NCBI GenBank assembly: GCA_013239625.1
Contig: MU054323.1
Coordinates: forward strand, 6,871,220-6,935,219
Direction of reading: 5' to 3'
Source: Lama guanicoe
Lineage: Eukaryota
Length of the DNA stretch: 64,000 nt
Positions 25,931 to 36,385 of this stretch are shown here, piece by piece. Positions within the stretch are counted from its first letter, which is position 1; each line of letters opens with the position of its first letter. Made by a program: the position numbers and the translations under genes. Under the pieces are notes generated by a model. It was not told the origin of the DNA, searched no databases, and saw only the letters and a program-made list of their open reading frames with translations.

Positions 25931-27038
25931 ATCCTGAGCTCAGCGGAGGTTTAATTCATCAGACACTAAAAACGCTCAGCGAAGGACTTTTCTGCCTCAC
26001 CCAAGAGAACGGAGTGAGGATGGAGGTGCATCGTGAGGAGAAAACATCAGGGGCAAGACTGATGGAGAAATTGGGTGGTCGGGACATTTGACATCTGGCC
26101 AATGAAGGCTGATGGAAAACAACTTTTATTCAATTAGGATAGAAATGTTTTCAGAAAAGCTGACTGTAATTGGCATGAATTTAGTGATGAATGACCAAAA
26201 AATGCATCACTAATCTAAAATACTTCATGAACCTATTAAACGTGAGGCACAAGTTTGCCAAATGCTGAGACACTTGGTTAGATGCACTTGGATGCCTTAG
26301 AAGCCGTCTGCATTCTTGGTCTGGAACATTCATAGGTGTGATATTGGCCTAGCCAGTTCTACAAATGAATTTTAATAAGACTGGTTGGTAAAGGCTAACT
26401 TCTGGCTTTGTTTTCCCAATAGAAGTGTTAAATCTATGTAACCTTAGGTTTTTAAAGGAATATATGTATTATTACTGAGAATAGTTAAAGGGAAAATTCA
26501 CACTGTTCTCGGCTAGTTGTTTACTGTTATTTTTAGCTTATGTGTTTAAATGGATTATCTATCAGGAAAAATAAGTTAAATATAAAATTGTTCTACTAAT
26601 ATTTTGCTGTAATTCTAAAGGCAGTATGTAAAGGAGCTATGTAATAGTGTAATTAGATACTACACAAATCTTCTGGACATCCATTTCAGTAATTCTGATG
26701 TCCTATTACTGAGGTGTGGTGGTTTTTATTTTGCTAATACTGAGTTAAAGCCCTTCATTTTCTAACATCATAGAGATTTTTTTTATCCTATTAGAGTCAT
26801 CCATAGAATGCTTTTAAAACCAGTTTTCCAAATAATATATGTATTTTTAAACCCGCCACTGGATACCCAGACTGCAACTGGGCTTTTCCCAATCTTGGCA
26901 ATATTAGCAGTGATGCTGACTTTCAGTATTGATGGCAACCCTGTAGGAGGCTTGACCATTCCAATTTTGATTTTATTTTTAAAGTGTGAACTTTCCAGAA
27001 CCCTGAGCAAAATGAGTGCAGCGATTTTCTTTTTGTAG

Positions 27039-27083
27039 GACAAGAAGACAGAAGAGTTCTTCTCTGTGGTGACTACAGACTAG
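27039..27083 (+). CDS. NCOA1: NCOA1 SRC-1e-type alternative C-terminus DKKTEEFFSVVTTD* (cassette exon 27039-27095)
   Basis: Acceptor ttctttttgtag|GAC; TAG at 27081-27083; donor CTA|gtgagt after 27095. The 14-aa tail is recognised as the SRC-1e end. Confidence 0.93.
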   Translation, partial: DKKTEEFFSVVTTD

Positions 27084-27180
27084 AGGAATGCTCTAGTGAG
27101 TTTCCACTTCAAGTAGTACCCACTCATAAGCCGGGGGGGCAGACCCTTCTGTCTAAACACATCTTTTATTTGTGTTCCAG

Positions 27181-27351
27181 CAGGTGCAACAGGTTCAGGT
27201 GTTTGCTGATGTCCAGTGTACAGTGAATCTGGTAGGCGGGGACCCTTACCTGAACCAGCCTGGTCCACTGGGAACTCAAAAGCCCACGGCAGGACCACAG
27301 ACCCCCCAGGCCCAGCAGAAGAGCCTCCTTCAGCAGCTACTGACTGAATAA
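27181..27351 (+). CDS. NCOA1: NCOA1 SRC-1a terminal coding exon QVQQVQVFADVQCTVNLVGG...KSLLQQLLTE* (C-terminal LxxLL box)
   Basis: Acceptor tgtgttccag|CAG (tandem NAGNAG); 56 codons plus TAA at 27349-27351; LLQQLL NR box. Confidence 0.96.
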   Translation, partial: QVQQVQVFADVQCTVNLVGGDPYLNQPGPLGTQKPTAGPQTPQAQQKSLLQQLLTE

Positions 27352-29520
27352 CCACTTTTAAAGGAATGTGAAATTTAAATAATAGACATACAGAGATATA
27401 CAAATATATTATATATTTTTCTGAGATTTTTGATATCTCAATCTGCAGCCATTCTTCAGGTCGTAGCATTTGGAGCAAAAAAAAAAGAGTTCACTTTTGT
27501 TGGGAGATTGAGAGATGTTTTTGTTTCTTTCTTTGTAAAGGCCTTGAATATTGAAAAAATAACAAGGCAGAACAGTTGGACAATCTCTCTCTTGAGCCAA
27601 ATTTAATTATTCTTATTTTTGTAATCAGTCATTGGCTTCTTATCTGGATGAAGGCTTTTGGAGGAGAACCAAAACGACCAGTTCAAAGGGGAAGATAAAG
27701 CTCCGCCTCCGCTGGCTCAGTCCCGACCCCACCCAGGAAGAAGGGCCCGGTGGGGCTTTGCCTGTGCCCGTCCACCAAAGGCTGTCACACGCCCCTCAGT
27801 CAACAGCGCTCCCCTTCCCAACCCCAGGCAGCTTGTGTGTACAGTCAGCTTCTTCTAGCAACTCTATATCTGTTGGCTTCAAGAGAATATTTTGCCTCCA
27901 CATATGTACCCCTTCTCCTTTTTTTAAAGATGGATTTAAACCAAGATGCCTCCAGGAACGAGGACGAAATGAGTATATTCACAGAGGAATCCAAAAATTA
28001 CAGTTTGGGGGAAAATGCAATAATTTTTGATGAGATGGGTGAAGGACAAGAAGTGAGTTAATGTCAATTATTGTAGATACAGTTTTCTGATTAAATCTGG
28101 AAAAAAGGCAGCCTGTTCTTTCTGCTTTTATTGTATTAACAGCTGAGGTAGCTAAAGTTATTTAAAATAAAAATTAAATTTATGATTCAAGTAGCTTATT
28201 TTTCCCTTTAAATCTCACTGTAAATATATTTGATTTCTTGTAGAAATTGATTTCCTTCTGTTTAATTTTATGGTTTTGTTATCATATTCTTGATTTTTTC
28301 TAAATTTCTGTGTGTGAAATATAACATTGATTGAATTGCAGTTACATTTGGCTAGTAATATTTTATTATTTTAATAACTGTGACGCCATGTATGGATTTA
28401 CTTTGGGGTTCAAATCAAAATGCCAGAAAGAGCTGTTCCAGATGAGCTGTTCCAGATGAGCTAGAGCATCCTGCCCTAGAGTGTCCCTGGGACCATCCGA
28501 CGGGAGCAGCGCAAGGAGTTATCACCAGAAGTGCACAGGCTACTTGTACAGAGAAAAATTAGTACTCAAAGAAAATCTTCATTTTTTTTTTGATTGACTT
28601 TGGGAATCTGAATTTTCATCAGTGCAAATATAAATCTCTCTATCCTGCTCTGAGGCTAATTGGTACCGTATTTTCCCTTTGTGTCTTGTCACTCTGCCAT
28701 GTCTTGTCTCATCCTGGCCTGTGAGTCAGGGACCCAGTGAACTGACTTTCCAGTTCTAGAAGTTCCACTTCAAGGCCAGGAAAGCTTGAGAAAGGTATTG
28801 TGGAAGAAGCAAAGGTAGACCCCCATCAGTCACCTTTACTGCACCTCTGGGCCTGTGAACGAAGACATCTGACATTGTGCACCAGCTACCTCTGCTTCCG
28901 TGGCAGAGAAAAGGCCATAAGAACTAACAATGGAAGAGGAGCATGGACTCAGACATCAAGGAAGAAGCCATTTTCCCAGGTCCTCCTTTCTGCATCTCAC
29001 CACCCCTAGTTACGAGTAACTCCACTGAACAGCATCTATTCAGAAACTCTACCGAATAAAAAGATTGGTGGAAGGGCTCAAGTGGGTAGCAACTATGAAA
29101 CAGAAGTAGGACACTCAGTTACAAACATTATCTCTTTTAGTTTGTGAGAAAATGCATCCCTGATTTCATTCATTCCCAGCTTGAAAGCCCAGCCATATTA
29201 CTCTAGTCCCTCCCAAACTGTTCTAGGAGGTCATTTCTGTTTTGTTTGTGATATTTAGACGTGCAGACTTCAGGAAGTTCACCTTTAACTTCAGCATTCC
29301 AGATGAAGTTTCCTGATTCAGTACTTTTGCATAAGGAACTAGAAAAAAAAGAAGTGGTAAGGAAAATTGGAGATGCTAACATCCTCCCCCATCCCAACTG
29401 CACCTTAAAGTATGCATGTCACCTTCAAGGTTTTATAATTGCACTGTTTGTTTTATGTATGTACAGATTAAAATTATTGCTACATTTGAGGAAAATAAAA
29501 TTGCTTGCTTCTATGTAATT
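27352..29520 (+). other. NCOA1: NCOA1 3'UTR
   Basis: Repeat-poor, AU-rich stretch after the TAA; AATAAA at 28166-28171, 29055-29060 and 29494-29499. The end position is approximate. Confidence 0.75.
29494..29499 (+). terminator. Distal NCOA1 poly(A) signal AATAAA
   Basis: AATAAA preceded by UGUA elements (tgtatgtacag, 29456-29466) and followed by U-rich sequence. Confidence 0.7.
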
Positions 29521-32500
29521 CCTGTCATTCCACAGGAAGTTCACTTTTCCAGCTACTGAATAGAATTTGTCTAACAACCTCGTGGGTTGCCTCTTCATTT
29601 ACAGGGAAGAAATGAAACCTACGTCCTGCAGGAATTGCCAAAGCCTAAGATGACTAACAAGTAATTAAGGGATAATAAAAGACAGGATCCCTGAAGCCAA
29701 GGCTCCTCGAAGTCACCCTAATAAGAACCAGCCCAGTGAAAGTTGAGGTCACAGCAAGGTCATGGTAGTAGGCTGTGAGGAAATTCTAACTCTGGCCACT
29801 TGTCTGATAATTAAACATTCTGGCCCTGCTGTTTCTTGACCCAGGAGACCTGGTCCAAGCAGTGCTTCTTAGCTACAAGATACCATCTCTGCCTCAATCA
29901 TTCGTTTTTATATACTAACATTTAGTATTATTATACACGGTATACAGATGTTGAATCTTACTTGAGGAGGCTCCTTCCTGACAATGACATTTTTACAGAA
30001 TGTAAGCCCTGTTTCTTGTTTGTGTGTTTTAAAGGCAGCCTAAATCCACCAACACTTGGCCAAGTAGGGTGGGCCAAGATTAGGAGGGGGAGTAGGTGAG
30101 CAACTGTGATTCTAGGGGGAGAGGGAGAGTGTTTATCACATACACATTCCTACACACAAATACACACAAATTTGGTAGCTGTTGTCATATATATGTTTGG
30201 GGGAACAAAACTGAAGAGAGAAAAACCAAAAATCAGAGTAAGGTAAAAATGATACTTCTCTTACATGAGGCTGAACGTTGATTTAAATTTATCCCAAGGT
30301 AGGGTTGGGAAGGCCATTAGAAAAACAAGTAGTAACAATTGAGGAAAAAGTGAGGTTGAGATAGAACTTCATCTTCTTCCTGGTTTTGCCTAAGATAGGG
30401 TCTGTACTTAGAAACTGTCTCCTGGGCCCTAACAATCAAAGAAAAAGAGAGGACAGTTGTCTGTTTACAAAGGAAATTGTGCTAATTTCCTTATTGACGT
30501 TAACTGCTCTTCCCAAAAGAACTGCTCCACTTGAATATTCAAGTGAATAATTCAGAGCAAGGTCGATCCTTGACCATTCCTGTACCTCTGAAAAGGATCT
30601 TGATGATTTAATTAAGCCCATAAATTATTTTTATTGGAGAAAACTGCCAAAGGAAGCATTTTTCCGTCCAGAACCTTTTCTGCCAGCACCACTAAATTAG
30701 TTTTCTTTATATACTTTATGCTCATTGTCACAAGAGCTCTTAACAAGATTGAAGAAACACAAAGCTCTGGCCTCATTCAATATATTGCATTGTCTTTATC
30801 TGAGCCACTAAGGATATGGAAGGATCCAAACAGATACGAACCCTGCTCTCCCAGAGCTTATAGTCACATGGAGAGTGCTTACATGGTTATAATCACAATA
30901 GAATTAAGGAATATAAAGGAGAGTTAGAAGTCGCTTTGTGAGTGAGACCTTGCCTGGAGAGTGAAGGAATGTTTCCTTGAGGATGAAGTGGCATCTGAAA
31001 TTAGGTTTGCAGGATGAGAAGCAAGTAGCTCAGTGAAGAGCAGGGTGAAAATTCTGAGGAATGGCACTTGTGAAGGAGGGCTTGGAGACAGGAAGGAGCC
31101 CCAGAGAGCTATTCTTCTAAATTGTTAACCAGTGTGCCTGACTTCTCAAACATGTGAATAGAATTTTGTCAACCAGTTGACTGGAAAGTAATTTAAATTA
31201 GCCTTTGGCTCCAGGAGGAACATGAACTAGGCTTTGAGATCCTCACTTGAAAATTGTGTCAGCCAGGGGCTAAGTTCTCTTCCATGACTAGCCCTATCCA
31301 GCCAGAGGTAGAGGTTTTATATCTTTTACACAGTCTGTTGGGGCTGATGACAATATTTTTTTTTAATTCAGGGAAAATAAATTTGCACTGAAACAATTTC
31401 TAAGATGCAAAATTAGGTACATTATCTCATTCAATCCTCTGCAGTCCTTTGAGGGAGTTGTAAAGAGAAAGGTCATGACAAAAATGCTGTCTACCAGTGG
31501 AACTGGGACTTGAAACCAAGTCTTCTAATTCCAAATTCTGGATTCACTCTCCTGGACTATATAATTAAGGACTCATTCAGAGTCTGCAGACTTTCATCTT
31601 TAATAAGGTTGTGTGACCTTAGGCAGTGCTTTCTTACATGAAATAATTCTTGAAAACAGGCTTTGAGAAAAGGGGTGAAAACTCAAGTGCTGGGAAGAGA
31701 GGGCCTGGCCCCTTCTCTGGATGCAGTCAGAGGCTGCCCTTTGGAGGCCTAAATGGGGGTGAGCTTTGGCATAACATAGCAGGTATCCCAGTACAGTTTT
31801 GGGAGAGGTATCCTGTCCCTGCATATCTTAACAGGAAATGAAGAAGGGGCTCTGTGAAACTGCAGCCTCATCCCCTTAGCTTAAAAGAATTTGAGGAAAT
31901 GTGGGTTCCTTGTGGGGCAGGTATAAAATGACTGACAGAGGATCCCTTTTGTGAGGCAAGAAATTTGGTTTCTTGGAGTGCATCATGGAAGCATTCACTT
32001 TTCCCTAGCTTTTGATCCTCCTGCAGACAATAAATCTTTCTCCTATGCTGAAGTTTAGCTCTGGTCTAATCATTTGTGCTTGTCTCAGAACTTAGGTAGT
32101 TTGTGCAACCAGCAGGACCAAGTGATACCCAGAAAGATTTCCGTAGTAAACCTGAGACATTGGCTTGAGAAAAGAAGAACTAAAAGGAATAATTTCTGTT
32201 CCATCAGATTTTCCTCCCTCTCCAATGCCCAGACATCCGAAGGTATGGAATAAAACAAAAAACCTTAGATCAAGTTTTTAGTATTTATGTCATTTTTGAT
32301 GAGCCGTTGCTGTACTGACACTGTGCTGGGCAGTGTGGGAAGTACGGCGACACTTGTCTGAATTTGCTTCCTTCCTAATAATGGAGATTATTATAATCAG
32401 TTAAATTCTTGTCATTTCTACAATATAGCCAGGCTATATTGCTAGGCTAATACTCTTGTGCTAATAGTTTCTTAATTTGTATAGCACTTTCCCATACAAT

Positions 32501-34202
32501 ATGTCATTTGACCTTCAAAATCCTATGAAGCAATTATTAGAGTAGGTCATAGCCCCATCTCACAGATGGTGAAACTGAAAACTCAGCTGTATGGTCAGGT
32601 GGCTGGTAAGTGCTGGACCCAAGAGTCAATCCTTGGGCTTTGTGATGAAATCTGTCATCGTCTCCACTGCCCCGTACAACTATTAGAGATCAAAACATGC
32701 TTAGACAATGACACATAGAGGCTCTGGAAATCCTTACGAGTTAAACCTTTCTCTCCAGAACTCCAAGTTCCTTAAAAACTTGTAGGGGTATTCCATTTTG
32801 AAAATAAAACTGGGCACTAATATTGAATGTGTTAAAATACTGATTTTCCCCCATATTTTAAATGTGTGTGAGGGTAATAGTTCTCAAACAAGTCCCTATA
32901 CTCTCCCTGAACAGTTTCATCTTTTCCCTGGAACCCAGTACAGTTCACATTTATATGCATCGTTAAGTCCACTCTTCTACCCAGGATGTAGTCCTCAATT
33001 TCCAGCTGGTGAACATTACCACATGGATGGATCGCACCCCTACCCTCAGCACCTCAGACTTAAGTCCCAAACCAAATAACTCATTTCCCCATAAATATCT
33101 TCTTGTGTTCCTTACCTGAATTAATTACATCATCATTCTGTTAGTGGTCATTTTCAAGGCTTCCTCCCACTCGTATTACCAAACTGCAAATTGTCTTTTG
33201 GAATGCCTCATAGCTGTCTTCTTCTTTCTAAGCCCACTGATTAGAGATTGAATTCTGGACTTAATTATCTTTTGGGGGTGATTATAGTAACTACCCTCAT
33301 GCCTTTACTTTCATCCTTTACACAATCATCAGAGAAGTCTCTCTGAACACAACCTTCAAAATCTGTTAGTGACTACTTCTTGCCTATAGTTGATCTGAAT
33401 ATCCCTGCCTTTTAAGCTTGAAGATCCTCTACACCCTCTCTAAGCAAATGATCCTGCCACACTGATCTGGTCTCTATTCTTGGATTTACTATGCATGTTC
33501 CCTCTTCCATTGCCATATTCATTCTCTTTCCCTAGTCTATAATGCTCCTTCTTTCTCCTTATAAGTTGTCCTTCAAGGCTTCAGTTTAGATGCCCTTTCC
33601 AGGAAGCCCTCCTTGCCCACACTTAGTTTAGCCCCACTTCTGTACTGCCTTGTGCAGTGCTGGGGTCTCCATTTGGCACTCAGTTATATATACATGTTTT
33701 TCTCTTCCACCACATTGTAAGCTTCTTGAAGAAGAGGTTCACACCTCTTTTTCTCCCCTTCAGTGCCTTACACTTAGTAGGCTCTCAACTGCTGATTAAA
33801 GAAATAGATTCAGAAGCAGTATTTTTAGTAAGGGAAAGGAGCTGATGGATAGACCAGGTACTAAGTTGTCTTCCTAGAGTCTGGGTTGTTAAGCTAAAGG
33901 AAGGTTGCAGAATGTCCAGGAGTTCGAGACGAAGTCATGGGTCTATCCTGATAATTGTTCCTTTTTTCATGAAATACGAGCCTCTACGTATTTCGAGAGT
34001 TTACAGAACATCTTATCTTTAATACTACCACTTTTTAAGGATGGTGTCTAAAAAAATTAATGCATATAAATGTTACTCAAAAATAGTACTTCATTACTTA
34101 CAGTCCCAAGCAGCATATTTACATAGCTTAACTGTTAAACCCTTTACTTTCCTCAGAAATTACTACCCCACTGAAGGTCAGCTGGTTGGATTGACTACAG
34201 TT

Positions 34203-34434
34203 TTTTTTTAACATTTTTTATTGATTTATAATCATTTCACAATGTTGTGTCAAATTCCAGTGTAGAGCACAATTTTCCAGTTATACATGAACATATATGT
34301 ATTCATTGTCACATTTTTTTCTCTGTGAGCTACCATAAGATCTTGTGTATATTTCCCTGTGCTATACAGTATAATCTGGTTTATCTATTCTACAGTTTTG
34401 AAATCCCGTCTATCCCTTCCCACCCTCCGCCCCC
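34203..34434 (-). mobile_element. Young 5'-truncated L1 3' end with a perfect 17-bp TSD
   Basis: ttggattgactacagtt at 34186-34202 and 34435-34451 flanks a poly(T)-headed L1 tail (aacattttttattgatttataatcattt). Confidence 0.85.
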
Positions 34435-35389
34435 TTGGATTGACTACAGTTAATGAGAAACCAGAAAAGGCAGATCAGGAGAGACAATCCCTTCCACTTT
34501 TCTCTCCCAAGATGAATATATAGAATGCCCTACTGTATCTTTCACCTACAATATAATGCCACTGAGAAGTGATTCATGATGAAATTAAACAAGCATAAGA
34601 TGGCTTTTTGTGAAATTTCTGTGAGACTGGCTTTTAAAATCATTGCCTCTGGAAGCTGAGTGACTGAAGCAACTTGGAAAGTGGACAGATGGGACAGGTC
34701 ACTGTGAAGGAAGACCCTCCTCTAACAGAAAAAATGTCTACCTGGAATTCCTTTCCTCATACCTGAAGAGCCAGTCCTGCACAATTCTGCTTTGCTTTCA
34801 AATCTAAAGTAATTTATTACACACCTGCCTCTACTAAATTTTAGGCTGCATATTTCCTGTTCAGTTTCCTTTTTAGCTTGCAAACTTTCATAAAATAGGC
34901 ATTAATTTTTTAGATTAGCTTTTCCTTTTTTTAAACATTTTTCTGATGTTAGTTAGCAATTGTATTTTAAATGATAATTATTCAGTTAGCTAGACTTTTA
35001 AAGTTCAACCAAAACCAGCTGGGGAAAAGGCTGTGCATAAAATATACTCTGTTTAAAGACTCATACATATCTAAGCCTAGGCTTTAAAATTTCATTTTAC
35101 CTTCTCTTGAAAGCTTTTAAAAAGCCTCTTATTAAGGACATTTTCATGCATATATGAAAGTAGAAAGAATAGTATAATGAACCAGTTCTAGTTTTTAAAA
35201 TCAGTCTTTGATATGTGATTTTTATAACCTCAAATAAAGTGGTTTTGTCACTTCAGTCACTCTTATCAACTGCAAAAAGTAAGTTGTGGTTAGTCTTGGG
35301 ACTCTTAAGGGTTTATCTTTTAAAATACTGAACAATAGCTATTTTAAAGAATGAATATTTTAAAGTAATAGTAATAACAATATATACAT

Positions 35390-36385
35390 TTTCAGTCAAC
35401 AAGTATTCATTTAATACCTACTATTTCCCAGGTACTGTTCTAGACACCGAGGCTGTATCAGTGAAGAAAAAACTAAAACCCCTGCCTTTGTGGAGCTTGC
35501 ATTCTACTGATCGTTGATTGACAAATGAACAAAACATGTGATGTGCTAGATGATTAATGCTTTGAAGAAAAATTAAGTAGGGAAGGAGGGGTAGAGAGTA
35601 CTACCAGAGGGGAGTGGTTGCAATTTAAAACAGGAAAGTCAGAATAGGTCTTCAGAGATGGTGACTTTTGAGTGACAACCTAAAAGAGGTGAGAGAGTGA
35701 GCCATGGCAACATGGAGAAAGAGCTCTCTAAGCAGAGGAACAACAGTCTTGAGGCTGAGTGAATGCGGAGAATTGTATGAGATGAAGGCAGAGGTAATGA
35801 GGGCCAGGATGGTGTAAGGCCTTGTAGACCTGAATAAGAACGTTGGCTTTTACTCTGAGATGGGGGCACCACTGGAGGATTTTAAGGAGGGGAGTGACGT
35901 GATTTTAACTTGGGTTTTGGAAGGATCACTCAGGATTTTGTGTTGAGAATAGTTGTAGAGAAGGCAAATGCAGAAGCAGGTAGACCTGCAGGAGGCTACT
36001 GTCATAGTACAGGCGAGAGATGATGACTTGGACTAGAGTTACAGCTGTGGAAATTGTGAGAGGCGGTCAGATTCTGGATATTACTTTGAAAGTAGAGACA
36101 ACGGTATTTGCTGACATATCAGATGTGAAGTGAGAGACGAATCAAAAACAACCCCAAGGGTTCTCGCCTGAACAACTGGAAGGATGGAATTTCCATTAAC
36201 AGAGATGGGGAAGAAGCAGGTTTAATTTATTTTCTGTCACAAATTTGTGATTCCTGTTGGACATCCAAGAGGAGGACATGTCCAATCAGTTGGGTAGAGA
36301 CAGGGCTGAAATCTAGGGGAGTAGTTGGGGCTGAAGATACAAATTCGGAAGTCAGCATAAGTTTTAAAGCCATGAGACTGAAAGA
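35390..36385 (-). mobile_element. L2, antisense
   Basis: cattttcagtcaacaagtattc...ccctgcctttgtggagcttgcattcta and purine-rich L2 antisense body. Sense-strand L2 remnants also lie at ~9600-10150, ~32950-33800 and ~39600-40460. Confidence 0.8.

Noticed and set aside
26184..26268. Possible C/D snoRNA (GTGATGA ... CTGA, ~85 nt) in an NCOA1 intron
   Set aside because: No terminal stem; the C box is itself tied up in a local hairpin (ttagtgatg/catcactaa); I see no rRNA or snRNA antisense element.
26908..27008. Second C/D-like pair (GTGATGC ... CTGA)
   Set aside because: Imperfect C box, no closing stem, and the D box is only ~30 nt from the acceptor, in the branch-point zone.
27632..28061. ORFs of 132, 103 and 66 aa in the NCOA1 3'UTR
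   Set aside because: Non-ATG starts, three overlapping frames, no recognisable domain; expected by chance in a GC-richer UTR patch.
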